From Takakia lepidozioides (taxonomy: Eukaryota; Plantae; Bryophyta), in contig CM060731.1 of assembly GCA_030704615.1 (NCBI GenBank), forward strand, positions 62,558,001 through 62,622,000: a stretch of DNA of 64,000 bases, written 5' to 3'. The notes below the pieces were generated by a model. It was given only the letters and a program-made list of their open reading frames with translations. It did no database searches and was not told the origin of the DNA. Positions within the stretch are counted from its first letter, which is position 1, and each line of letters starts with the position of its first letter. This document shows, piece after piece, positions 36,201-49,300 of this stretch. Both the position numbers and the translations under genes were made by a program.

Positions 36201-37822
36201 CTCCTCCACCAGACCACTGTACATCATCTCCGCCCAAGCTACATCCTCTCCTCTCAAAGCTATCAGTACCTCCTCCGTGAAAGATCTGTTAAGATATTGT
36301 TGGTTCTGTTTCATAGCAAACAGAATGTTCAGTATCTGGCCAATTTCCCTCAACCCTAGATACTCAGCCTTGGTGCAAGTGAATCCCTGGTTCCTGAAGA
36401 AACTCGTTTCTTGGAACAGATCCCCTACTTGCAATCTTGCCCTGTGCTCATCCACGCTCACATTACCAGATGGCAATTCAAATAGTTGTTGCAAGTACTG
36501 CGGAGTAACCTGTATATCTATGCCCTTCACCTGGGCAACTCCTGTCCGTAGCTCGAAGTTCTGGATGAATTGGATCATCAATCCCCAATGATGCAAAGAC
36601 CACTCTTTGCGTAGCAACCCCTCCAACCGCAGCTCCTTCAACAGCTGCACTGCCTGTTTCTTAATTTCTTTTTTTTGTTTCTTGAATGGAGTCTCTTGCA
36701 CGAAATTCACATTGCCGATTGGCCGTTGCCTCATTAGGTAACTTCTCATTTTTACCTTAATCTGTTCACATTCCCGCTTGGAATGACCACTAGGACTGCA
36801 TATGTGGCAAAGGTTCCCTTTTGCCGGACGCGTAAAGGGTTCTGTTGATGCATTAATGGGATCGTAATAAGTTTCGGCGAATGTACGGGGTAGGTACTTT
36901 GACGGCCCTGTTTGTCTTCTTGTGTGATGGTGCTCGTTATTGCAGTACATGCAATGCGGAGAACTTTGCCCCTAAGGCCACGTGTTTGAATTCAAACACT
37001 CTCCCATCTCCCTCTGTCCGCGTGGCACATTCCCCGAGTTTGACTTCCAGACTGTCTTTACACTTACCGGCCACTTTACTGACCTTAACTCGTGTCCATT
37101 TGTCATTGACCCTATGGACTGTGCGACCTGTGTGGGCTGTGTTGCCTGTGTTGGGCTGTGACAGGTTGTGACAAGCTATGGTAAGTGGTGGTATGTTGTA
37201 CTAGGCTGTGGTGGGCTGTGATATGTTGTGTTAGACTGTGGTGGGCTGTGATGACTGTATGAATACTTGTATTCTCCGCTATGGCCATACACATTCGGCT
37301 TTATGACAAGTGCTTCATGCTCCGTTGGTGCTACTGGTGTAGCCTGTGACTGCATCTATATTTCAAGATGTAAATCATGCTGCAATGGTCTATCACGGAT
37401 ACCACTATATCCCTTCAACATATTGGCATTGACTCTACCAAGCACTATTAATGGTTTGTAACATAGTTGTGTTGTTATCATAAATCTTCTGTATGACATA
37501 AGGTCTTTTCCATGGTGACTTAAGCTTAGAAGCTTTAATCTTTCTCTTCTTCTGCAACCACAGTACCAAATCACCCGTCTTAAAAGTCTTCAATTTACCT
37601 TCATCAAACTGATCCTTCCTCTTCATCTGAATTCTTGTCATGTTATTTGCTGCATCAGCACGTACTTCTTCCACATGATATAATTCAAGTTTCCCTACTT
37701 TAATTGAATCCTCCAATTCCATTCTCCTTCCCCATTCAGTTCTCATGGTAGGTAATAAGAATTCCACTGGAAGTAAAGCTTCCATACCATGAACTAATTG
37801 GAATGGTGTATACTTGGTGGTG
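33269..37822 (-). mobile_element. Second, decayed copy of family A: integrase C-terminus and extended extra ORF
   Basis: ORFs 37435..37872, 36102..36950, 34984..35436 and 34648..34950 align with 9861..10613 and 6792..8639. Additional ORFs at 33269-34599 extend beyond the truncation point of copy 1. Confidence 0.9.
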
Positions 37823-38648
37823 AGCTTTTGAAGAAGGATGCAGTGTTTGCATGGACAGCTGAATGCCAACAAGCATTTGAGACACTTACATTGTCAGTAA
37901 CAACTACACCTGTACTGATTAACCCTCACTGGCATGTGGTATTTCATGTACATTGGGGGCTGTGTTAGCCCAAAATGTCACAGGAAATATAGATTCACCT
38001 GTGTACTATGCTAGCAGATTGTTGAACAATGCTGAGAGGAACTGTAGCACTATGGAAAGAGAAGCTTTGGCAATGATTTATGCAGTCAAGAAATTCAGGC
38101 ATTACCTATTGGGAAGAAAGTTTATGTTTTATGTGGATCATCAGGCTTTGATTTATCTGGTGAACAAGCCTTTGATAAGTGGCAGGATAGCGAGATGATT
38201 GATTATCTTGCACAAGTTTGAATTCGAAGTTGTTTACAAGATTGGACATTTGCATCTTGTGGCAGATCACTTATCACGTTTATCAACAGGAGAGCCCGCC
38301 ACAGGAGTAGACGATCAACTGCCTGATACGAGTTTATTTGCAATGGAAGTGCATGGAAGTGCAGATGATTGGTTAGATTGGCAGTGGCCAATCAAATATT
38401 ACCTTACTCATGGACAGTGCCCACCCAGTTATGGGAAGGAGCAGAGGAAAAGAATAGCTATCAAAGCATTACCATACACTATGATAAGTGGAAGATTGTA
38501 TAAGCTAGGACTGATGGAGTTCTTAAACGATGCTTGTACCACCATGAAGTAAATAAAGTTTTGGAAGAAGTTCATAAAGGAGTGGCTGGAGGTCATTTTG
38601 GAGAAGAGACTACCAGTACAAAAATACTACTTGCAGGCTACTAGTGGC
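37823..38648 (+). mobile_element. pol: Inverted family A pol segment (RNase H and integrase N-terminus), continuing at 50678-50821
   Basis: GAVLAQNVTGNIDSPVYYASR and HLVADHLSR. AGYWWPTL is restored when the MULE at 38649-50677 is removed. Confidence 0.9.
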
Positions 38649-38851
38649 GGGGGCTGCTATTTCATGAGCGGCATGAGCATGAGCGGAAAAAAAAAAAGCA
38701 TGAGCAGACCATTGTGAGTCCACGGAAATAGGGTTAGGAGGCACGGAAATAGGGTCATGTGAAGTTGGAATGTGGCACCAGTGGACTTGAAATGCAACAT
38801 TTTATTGCAAATTTTGTGGCAAGCCACGTCTATACAAGTGTGTTCTAACTG

Positions 38852-41800
38852 TCATAGCCGGAATGGGCACTCTCCTACACCCTCCGAGGAACTTGCCCCA
38901 CCTTCTTCCTCATCCCCCTCATCCCCCTCATCCTCCGAGCTCTGTGATGCATCAGTTCCACTATGCCTCTCAAAAATCCCGTCCTCTCCTTGGGGGACTG
39001 TCCACCTCACCTCCTGGGAATCTTCTGCGTCTTCTCCCCCACTTTCCTCAGCAGAATCCAACACAAATCTACGAGCCCGACGGGCTCTAATAGCTGCTGC
39101 CTCCTCCCTCATCTTCATTTTCTTGAGGCTTGCCTCGTCTAAAATCTGTACACGACTACGTTCGGAACACCTCCTAATGGACACCGAAGCAAGCCGGGCA
39201 GCATAAGTAGGAAGGATGTACTCCCTTTCTGGACTAGGCATGAAATCCCCCCTGGCAAAAAAAGGCACGTTCCTCCTGCCCATGAACTCCGGTGTAGACG
39301 TCCCTCCGGCAGTACTTGGCATCCTACAGTAAGAACAAATCCACTTCAAGAATGTCAATACCAGCACAACCAGAAAGGGTTTTCAATGAAATAAGAGAGC
39401 GGAGGGAGGTGCCTCACGAAATCTGGAGGCAACTTACAATGCCACCACTCACTCGTAAACCGGGGGCTCCTCGGCCTCGATCCCAACTTCCTCCCCCTGC
39501 TCCTTCTCGGATTTTTCCTCATCCTCCGAGGATGCCTCTTCCTCTTTCGGCAGACGTTCAGCCGCTGCAAGTTCCGAGTTGTGGAGGGCAGTATCTGGCT
39601 CGAAGGCGAACACATGCCTGTCGGACAACGTCCCTGCCCACATTGAAGCACCTGAGGAACAAAGCGGGCGGTTAATAGCTTGCGGCATGCAATTGCAATC
39701 GGGCCAGGGGACAAACTGAGCACGTGAAGGCTTACCCGTGCCGCATGTGAGGTCCAGAATCCGCCCTTGGACATCCGAGCACGTCTCCATGAGGGTTTGG
39801 ATGAAAGCAGGGCTCCGGGTCCGGCTGTACCGCCACGGTTTGCCTGTCTTTGTGTCCTTCGGCATACTAGAGTGGGGCACATAGTTGTAGAGGACATCGT
39901 AGGTTACAGGGTCCACAGCGGCATCAACAAGACGACCGTCGTTGCGGAATTTGAACGTAGACCCTCTCTTCACAAAGCAATATGCCTCAAACACCAATGT
40001 CTGCACATCCAACAAAGAAGGGATCAATTCCAGGGTCTACTTAACATACACCACAATATGAAGTGAATGCAATAGATTGATAACTTACACTTTGGCCCTC
40101 TGTTCGCAACCCCTGCGTACTGATGCAGAACCATTTTCTGAGGAGGACCGGGGTGACACTTTTCGGTGTCCACCTTGCCACCGCATTCTCTGTGGTCTTC
40201 CCTCTCGTGGCAAGGACAACCACACATCCACCGTCATCCAGAAGCATCCCCGCCAGCCCAAACCCGGCTTTCCAGTAGTCCTCAGTAAACCTGTTCCAGG
40301 TGGGCACACCATCCAGGCCCTCCAGCAGCTCCCCATCTGGAATGTCGAGGAGAATCATGTCGCAAGCTCTCTCCACCTCAACCCCCCCCCGAGTGCTCTT
40401 GCAATTCGTGCTCACAGCCGAAGAATTCCATCATGGCTTCAAAACCAGGGGTGTCTTTAGGCTCTGTACCGGCAGCCCTCTTCTTGGCTTTCCCCTTCTG
40501 CTCCGCCAGAGACTTGTTGTGTGCCACCTTCTTCGCCCTGGCAGCGAGAGCGTCAAGGAAGCTCTCATTGACGCATTGGATGATGGTTGGAGGTTCTAGC
40601 TTTGGCCTGTGCGTAAACGTCACCGCCGAATACCGCCGTGTAGGCTCGCCCTCAAATGCCAACTTCTTGGCAGAGCCAGTCCCACTCCGAACTGACTTGG
40701 GAACCCGGACGACCGGTGACTGGGTAGGAGCAACAGCAGTCGCAGGACCTTGAACAAAGTCGCGTCCGAGTCACTCTCTTGGGTCCCCTCCTGCGCCTCC
40801 TCCGATGCCCCGATGGTTTCTTCTTTTTGGGTGTTACTGCAGTCACCTGTTTCCTTGTCCTTTTCCTTTGACCTTTACTCTTCTCATGCAATTTCTCCTG
40901 AATTCCTGCCTGAGCAAGCTCTGCCGCTTTCCTGGAGTTCGCAAGCGCTTTTGCCTCTTTTGCACCCAAGCGGAGTTTCGTCGGAATTCAGCATCCAGCT
41001 TCAATTGAAACTCGGATGGGTCGAGCGAGCCGGGCGGAAGGTCCACATACCAAGGGCAATCACGCAAATGTTCCAGATGCCACTCCTTCACAATATCGTC
41101 AGTGTACATGGAGTCAGCCCCAGGGTTCCTCCATGCCAGGAAGAATGGTGGCTCGAAAGACAGATGACCTTTCTCCAAAAGGGAGAACTTGCAGTACCTG
41201 CATTCATGAAAAACACAATGAGGTCCGAAAATGGCTAAGTCCCTGAACGGCAATAGGGCCTAAACTGGAAAATGGCGCCGAATTTCCACTTCCAGGGACT
41301 TAGCCCCTTAGAACTTTTCATAGGGACCGAAAATGGCTAAGTCCCTGGACGGCAATAGGGCTAGAACTGGCGCCGAATTTCCAGTTAGCCACCCTAGGGA
41401 CTTAGCCGAAAATGGCTAAACGGCAATAGGGCCTAGAACTGGAAAACGGCGCCGGTTTTTCCATCCCCAGGGGGCCCGAAAATGGCTAAGTCCCTAAACT
41501 GGAAAATGGCGCCGAATTTTCAGGGCCAAGGGACTTAGCCCGAAAATGGCTAAGTCCCTGGACGGCAATAGGGCCTAGAACTGGAAAGGCGCCGAATTTC
41601 CAGTTCTAGGGACTTAGCCGAAAATGGCTAAACGGCAATAGGGCCTGGGGCGCCGAATTTCCAGGGGCCAGGGACCCGAAAATGGCTAAGTCCTGAACGG
41701 CAATAGGGCCTGGAACTGGAAAATGGCGCCGAATTTCCAGTTCCGGGCCAGCCAGTCTAGGGACTTAGCCATTTTCGGAGCCCTGACTGGAAATTCGGCG

Positions 41801-44404
41801 CCATTTTCCCTAACACCACTTGAGGCCTCTAACATCCTGAAATGCCAGGACTTGAAAGAAAGGCAGCGCGTATGTACCTGTACAGAAGGCGCATTGCTGC
41901 TTTGTCCGCGTTCGGCTGGTCGGTGAACTCGTGGCTCCGGCGAGCATCTGCTATCTCCCGAAAGAATAGGTTGGTTTTGTAGAGCAGAAAGTACCTCGTC
42001 ACATAGTCACGTAGGCTCTCTGCTGCAGGAGATATCTCCATCTTGAACTGATGTGCTTGTGTGTCCAGCTGCTCTTGCGCATTCGTCGTCACCTGTGGAG
42101 ATTGTCCATCAGATCGCTTTCCTCAAAAAATACAATGAATCCACCCCCTACTAGAGTAGAAGCCCCAAACGAAGCGTGGGGAAGTACCTGAAACCACCAT
42201 GTCATGCGGTTCATCACATGTCGAATGTGGGGTCAGAGAGTTTGTCCGGTTTGGGGAAGCTCCACATGTCCCTGGTACTTTGGGAACCATTCCAGATTTG
42301 GAGCCACCGGGTCTGTCCAACCACCCAGCATATTCGTAAGCGCCAAACACCACAAAAAGGAGTTGTTGCCACCACAATTTTGTTAAGAATGTATCACCTT
42401 TTCTGTTGCATCCACACAGGATGTGGCTAGACGATGGAGCTTCTCCAATGTCATCGTGGGCTTCAGAGCGCGAGAGTAGTGCTTCCCCACCTCCACCAGA
42501 AAGTCGGCACCAAGGGCGGGATCAGCTATGGCCACGTACTTTACCATCCGCGACTTGTACTTTATGCGGGCCCTCACCTCCGCAGCTTTGACATACGATT
42601 CGAGTTCCGGGAGGGTTGGATTCTTCTCCTCTGACTCCATGTAGAACCTCCGCGCATGTGCCAAATCCTGCTGTATTTTCGTCTGTCAAGAATGCGCACA
42701 TAAGATTAGAGATCCTGCTCAACACAATTTCTTCTATTGGGGGAGGAGAGACAGATTAGCTCAACAAAACAGGAGCTTTACCCGAAATATGTAGTCCACC
42801 ATGGCGTCGACGCTCAGCCTATACCAGGTTCTGTCTGCCTTTGCCTCCGACTTGCGCAGGAGGTCGGCACTGAGGGAATTGGCAAACTCTTGCACCCCCT
42901 GCTTCCCGACATCCTTCACTCGGAAGAGCATATGGGACAAGTTGGTGGCAATGAAGGCATTCTCAGTCACCCTGCAGTGCCACATTTCCATCAAACAATA
43001 CTGAAATGGGAATTTTCATCATATATGAGGATTCGCAATGAAATGACTTCCAAATTCAAAGTCCAAAAGCGAGAGGGGTTGTAGCTTACGAGTTGATGTC
43101 GGCCATTGCAGCTTTGAGAAGACTGCGATCTTTGGGCCCCGCAACCTTCAGCACAACACAATCCACGGCGAAATGCCAATCGAGGTCGTTGGGGTGGGCT
43201 TGGGCAATGTGCTCCATCCATGCCAGGAGGCGATGATTGCCGTCCCACACGTAGAACATCTTACCGGACAAGTGCTGGAAAAGAGGATCACTAGCAATCG
43301 ATCTCTCGAACTCCTCATTTCGCGTTTGCCAATGGGGACCCCATTTGTCCACCTCATCGGAAGTGTGGGCACGGGAAGCTCCGTGGTCGTTCTCAATGGA
43401 AACGTAAAACGCGGCAGACCCCATTCGATATCCATCCCGGAAAGAGAATTTCAGCTTGTCGATATCGCCTGGAGGGCAGGTCTCACCACCTGCAATGACA
43501 CCAAGCGGCAAAGGGGAATTCGAAGCTTGGCCGGGTACACCATGCCCCCCAGCACCCTGCCAATGTTGCTGTGGGTTGCCTCCAACATCTTGGCAGCGGC
43601 CAACTTCATATCCGCCTCAGACATGACGTCTGCTGCAGAGGGGTTTTCCGGCAGCCCACCAGGACCGCCAAATCCAGCCTGTATGCTCCGGGTTTGGGGC
43701 CTGGGGATGTCCGGGAGGATGTCATCCTGGTCAGAAAGCTCCTGTCGTCCTCCTCAACAGGGTCAGCCACCTGCGAAACCACCTCCAGCACTCTCCCGTC
43801 TCTACTGCCCCTCCCTGGCTTCACCTCGAACTTGCACAATCCGTGCTCTTTCAGGTGTTCTTTCCTCTCCTCCACTCTCCACCGTATGGGTAATTGCGGG
43901 GGCTGCTCTTGCCCGCGATGGTCTAACCGGTGTGTTACTGCCTCTCTGTGGTGTCTTGGAGGGATCCACCGTCTCTGTGGTCCCTCGCTTACATTGGCAT
44001 CTGTCATTTGGGCACCCCTGGCCTCTTCAGCTGCCTTTTCTCTTTCCTCCTGGCTAGCATTCTGTCTCGTCTGTTCTTTTGCCCTCTCTTTTGCCCTCTC
44101 ACGGGCTTTCTGTTTCTTACTAGGGCTAGCAGCAGGGGAGCCCTCCAGGACGACCACCTTTGATTGAGGCGAACTGACACCCTCGCGCGCACTGCTCACT
44201 CCCCCTCCGCAGCCCGTGACTGCTCTCTCGCCGGGGATTGCATGTGCTTAGCTTTCTTCTTTTCTTTGCGTGGGCGGGCCCTACTGCATGTGCATGAACA
44301 ACCTCCATTGCCGGATCTGCTGTCCTCATGTCCTCACGCCCTTCACCTGCCATGCCGCCTGCACCAACCTCCCCAATGCCTACTCTGTCGTACTCTCGTT
44401 GCAA
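38852..44404 (-). CDS. Multi-exon cargo gene of MULE-1: low-complexity N-terminus, ParB/Srx-like domain, helical region, beta-class N4C/N6A DNA methyltransferase domain, acidic tail (several frameshifts; ends approximate)
   Basis: FYVWDGNHRLLAW (43086..43511); exons 42761..42994, 42383..42664, 41829..42092 and 40843..41253; DMILLDIPDG and LLDDGGCVVVL (40041..40415); RSPAFIQTLMETCSDVQGRILDLTCGTG|ASMWAGTLSDRHVFAFEPD (39449..40027, 84-nt GT-AG intron 39652-39735). Confidence 0.75.
41225..41810. repeat. Degenerate tandem array inside the cargo gene (probable intron) carrying GGCGCCGAATTTCC
   Basis: Recurrent CCGAAAATGGCTAAGTCCCT, CGGCAATAGGGCCT and AAAATGGCGCCGAATTTCC modules. Related to 50040-50440. 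Confidence 0.85.
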
Positions 44405-45249
44405 GTCCTCCCGTCCACAACAAAAGGTTTAAGTTTGCCCTCTCGCCCCAAGTTGGGCGATTCAAACATGCGATGAGTTGGAGCTGTCGATGATACCACC
44501 AGCGTGCCGGGCTCGTCGTCACTCTGTCATTGACAAAAATCGTGAAAACCAACATCGGTGCAAAAAGCAGCATCGCAACGAGCAGCGCAACCACCATGTG
44601 TAGCAAAAATGAAAACATAACAAGTTTAGGAAGTATGGAGAGCCATGCAACAACAATGAAAACAAATGCAACCATTGCCTAAGAATGACATGCACAAGCA
44701 GCCTTCTCCAGAGCTGCCGGATTTGCACACGCATTGCAAACAATCTAAGGTTCACTCAACTATCTAAAGTTCACTCATACAGCAAAGCCAGGATGAAGAT
44801 GCAAAAACAAAGCGAGGTAACAAAGCGAAAGCAAAAATAAATCGAAACAAACCGAAAGCAGAAGTGGCTTGCCTGAGAGTACTCGGCTTCAGTTGGCGCA
44901 GGTTGTGAGCAAGACACTGGAATCTCCTGCTGGAGCTTCAGTTTGGCCATGCGAGAGATTGGCCGTCGTCCGTAGTACAGAGCTTTCAACTTCCGCCGCG
45001 GTCTGGATGTGAGGTCTCTCTCAGGAGAGCCACGCCCTTCAGGCGGCATAAGTCCCAGCCAAAAAGATCTCCTTTTTGGGGTACATGCCTCGAATAGCAT
45101 GTTAAGCCAAGATTAGCATGAGATTTAGGGTACGTGTCCAGGAAGCCATGCGTCGCCAGCCCGAATAATAAACGACGGCGGTCGACATTTATTGCCCAAC
45201 TGCGCAATTAAATGTCGGATGAAGCCCTCCATGTCGGATGAAAATCGAC

Positions 45250-46020
45250 GTAAACAGCCCGGAATTTCCAACGTAGAGGTAATTCGGAGCGCTGCACGAT
45301 GGAATTCCGGCGCCGGATTTCCATCCTGCAGGTAATTCGGAGCGCAGCCAGCGCCGGCAGGGCGGCGCAATTTCCCTCACGCAGGTAATTGCGGATGGAA
45401 ATCCGGCGCCCATTGGCATTTCCGCGCCGAATTTCCATCCGCTAAATTTCCCTGTAATTCAGCGCGCGGATGGAAATCCGGCGCCGAATTTCCACGGCAT
45501 TTTTCCATCCGCATTGGGGCGCCGAATTTCCATCCGCGCAATTCGGCGCCGAATTTCCATGGTAATTCGAATCCCATGGAAATTCGGCGCCGAATTTCCA
45601 TCCAGCAGGTAAAATGGATATTCGCCATTCGGGGAATTACCTTCTGCAGGTAATTTTTTTTTACCTGCAGGAAGGCTGGCCTGCCCAAGTTGGAAATTCG
45701 GCGCCGAATATCCTGCCGGCGCCGCCCCCTTGGAAATTCGGGGGGGCCGGCGCCGGGGGGAAGAACCGAATCTCCATCCAGGGGATGCTCTCTTGCCGCC
45801 TCTACGCCCGAGGCGACTTCATCCGGGCGTCCCCTGTTCGATTCGGGCCGAATTTCCGTCGGGGGTTGAAATGTGACGGCCAAGTGCGGGACTGCATCCG
45901 GATGGAAATTCGGCGCCGAATCCAGGGGATGTTCTCTGTCGCACACGCGCCGGCCTCTGCGCCCGAGGCGACTTCATCCGGGCTTCCCTGTTGGATATTG
46001 GGTGCCGAATTTCCATTCGG
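45250..46020. repeat. Palindrome cluster GGAAATTCGGCGCCGAATTTCC between the divergent genes of MULE-1
   Basis: More than 10 perfect or degenerate copies, including the perfect 26-bp palindrome ATGGAAATTCGGCGCCGAATTTCCAT at 45576-45601. Confidence 0.9.
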
Positions 46021-46319
46021 GGTAGTAATGTGACGGCACGGTGCCGGCTTCTCCCCTTCAGCCGTCATCATCCGGACGGCCCCCCACTTTCTGACTGCAT
46101 ACCGTTGGCAGTTATTGCGCAAAGACCAGGGGCCGCATTCCGGAGACAAGGTTCATTAACACTCTGACTGTGGATTTTTGAGATAGTTGGCTCCCTGGAT
46201 TTGGATCAGGCTTCGTCGCTCGGACAAATCGGGCATCGCATTCATTCCCATCGCTGCACCCCCTTCTACCAGGGAGCTTCCCCGCACGCCATCCTGGCAG
46301 TCTTGTGTGCACATCTCCC

Positions 46320-49300
46320 ATGGCGGAAAACCCGAGCGCTACAGTGTACTGCCCTCCTCACGAGCATAGAGCTTCATTTCCGTGCAGAGGGGACACCTGC
46401 CGGGTGATGGAGAAATATCTGTGCGTTCGATACCACCTGAAACCGGGGTCGGTTTTTTTGGAGGAGGAAAGGAAGGACTCAAACGGCCTTGTTGTCGAGA
46501 GTATTGTTGTGCTCCACGATGATTTCGGCGATGGCAGGGAATGGCGAGTTCCACCATCGGACAGCGTCATATACAGGGCTGTTGGGGACTTCATTTGCCC
46601 GCCAAATGCACCTTCTATCCTGGCGCCTTCCACGAAACAATCCGCGAATCAGAGAGTGGCTACCTCAAAGAGAGAAGTCCGCAACGAAGTAAATCCAGAG
46701 CCGAACCCATCCATGAAGACGAGCGAGAACCGGGTTGTTCACAACCTGTCCGACTCAGACGAGGTCATGGAAGTTCCGAGGTCGTCCTGGAGATCAGGCA
46801 AGTCCTCAATGGACGTCAGTGGAGGAGGGAGTCATATTCCCAGCACGAGCACCGCAGTTCGATCTATTCTTGAAATTCTGCGAGGGCTTCACCTGGAGGA
46901 CACCGGTCGGAGCTGGCCGGGCTGGACTACAGCAAGTTCGCAATTAAATCGGTTACATGCCTTCCCGCCGACGTCGACGGTAATATCTTCTTTGAGTTCC
47001 CTCCTCGGGCGGACTACTCGAGGGCGTCCGGAATGTTGACAGATATGGATAGAAAACATGACGGTCATCCTTGGTGCGTTACCAAAACCACCAGCATGAA
47101 GATGCTCGATGGTGTGCGGGTGCGCTACGTTGTTTGTGCGGGCGCGTTGCGGTGTTTCTCCCCAACTTGCTTCCACTTTAAATCCAGAGGTCACAGGAAC
47201 GAGACCGATTGGACAGGCACAGCTCACCAACCATTTCGAGCTCAGGAGAAGGTTCCGAACTCCACATTTAAGTGTGCGCATTGCAAAGAACCACCACACT
47301 GCATGTCTGTTTGTAATGCCAAGCAGTTCTATGTGTTGCACCGTTTCCCTGACCTCCCCGAGCTTGCATACACGTTGGTTCCCATTGTCACAAATTGGCG
47401 AGGGGGAACTCGCGGGAGGCTGCCCACGAAGCAGAGCAGCTCGTTCAGGAGGAGGTTAAGTTGAGACCGGGTGCCAAACCCAAACAGATACAGCTCCAAG
47501 CCGCCCATAAGATGGCATTGGCCAGAATTATGTCGGAAGACGGCTCCGATAGAGTTCCTCTCGACGAGAAGGAAATGGAGGCATTGCTGGAGTCGGTGTC
47601 CCACGTATGTTCACCGAATGTCCGAAACCACATTGTCTCATGCAAACAGAAAATTGGGCGTGGCTCGGATATGCACTCCATTCTGGAGGTGAAGCGACGA
47701 TGTGGATATGACTACATTCATGGAAGTAGGTTTCCAGGACAAGGGACTGAGGCAGATCGTTGTTTCGTATTCAAAATGTCCACGTGTGGACCTGGCAGCG
47801 GCGTCGAACTGGTCGACAGGATGAGTGGGAACTTGTCAAACAGTTGGGTCATGTTCGACCATATCAAGCGAATTACAAATCACCAGTGGGTGACAATGGG
47901 TGCACATGTCTACGACACCCACTGCAGGATGCTAATGACAATTGCTATTTGTGAGATGAAAGGAGAGGACACACAATCGGAGATGCTTCTTTGGCAGGGA
48001 ATAAACGAACAGATGGCCAAGGCGGGATTGCCCCCTCCAATTTCCGTGGTTTTCATGGCGGACAACGCACAAGCAAATTGGGCTGCCATCCGAAGGGTGT
48101 ACGGGCAAGACCCCAATGTTCCCATGGAAGGCAAGGAGAGATCTTGTGGGTTCCATTTTCTGCAGAGCCTTTCGCAGTACACAACCAGGCTCGTGGCGCC
48201 AGATTTCAGAGAGGAGCACCGTTCCATGTGCCTTGCGTGGAAGCGCGCTCCCACCTTGGATGATGCAGAGACACAGTTTGCATGCATACGGGCTTGGTGG
48301 ACATCGTCAGGTGCTGTAAGGAAATCAGACGAGGAGCAATGGTCAGTTGGCTAGCATGGTGGCATTATCGTTTCCTCCAGTTCGGCGACTATATGCGGGA
48401 GGTGAGTTGCACGAATTCGCGTCCCGTTGACATATTATTCTTGCCATATTTGTAACTTGCTTAAACCTGACAATGTGCTTGTGCAGGAAATTGTCTCGAC
48501 TCCGACACCGACATTCCCCACGACAAACATGGCCGAATTCAGTGCACTCTTCCTGGCGTGCCTCCTCTGCGGCGCATCTGGTGGACATCCTCACTGCCAC
48601 AACGGAGGACATTGTGAGGTCAATTAAGCAATGCAGTTACAACGCCTTGAAAGGGAAACAGTGGGGCTTGGGCCGACAGGCAGGAAATGCTGATCGGACT
48701 GCCTCCAGATCGAAGAAATCCTCGGAAGTGGGCGGCGGCCTTGCGAGAGGGCCTTCGGGACACGCCATTGCTGCGAATAGGCCACATTTGGAAGAGATGT
48801 TCATACCCGTCCATGAGACGAAGACTTGACGAGGCACCTGGCGGAGAGAGGATTCATGGCGAGCTGACAAGAATATTCGCCGCTCCCTCGTGGTCCGGTG
48901 ATGTTGCCCCGAGGAGGTCTCGTCGAGCACCCGCAAGTCCTGCACGTTCAAGATCGCCAATCTCCTTTGAGCACAGGGCGCGTGCCCCCGGCAACATAAC
49001 GAGCCATCGTAGTAAAGCAGTACAACATTCCCATTGTGGAGACAAGAGTGTCGGAGTCACAGTGGAGAATTGCGAGGACATTGCCGCATTTCGAGGGAAG
49101 TGCTTGCGGCCATCCGGGTGGATACGAGAGTACGCTGTGGTGAGATGATTCGGAGGAACCACCGGTGCTGTACCTGCACCTTGTTTCAGCGGCAGATTTT
49201 TGACTCCCCATTTGCTCACGCCACAACGCAGACATTTTGGTTCTGTAGGCACGACATAATGACCTGTGTATTTGGCAAGCCCAAGTACGGGATTCAGGGA

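Noticed and set aside
43173-44167. Plus-strand ORFs of 294 and 198 aa
   Set aside because: Antisense shadows of the GC-rich ParB-like cargo exons. The conserved reading is on the minus strand.
38852-44404. Bacterial or phage contamination as the source of the ParB-MTase gene
   Set aside because: The gene has spliceosomal GT-AG introns conserved between two copies and lies within TIR/TSD boundaries inside a plant Gypsy integrase.
45125-46149. ORFs rich in GAEF/EIRRR/ISAP peptides here and at 50010-50669, 54447-54980 and 59842-60878
   Set aside because: They are by-products of the GGCGCCGAA palindrome arrays.
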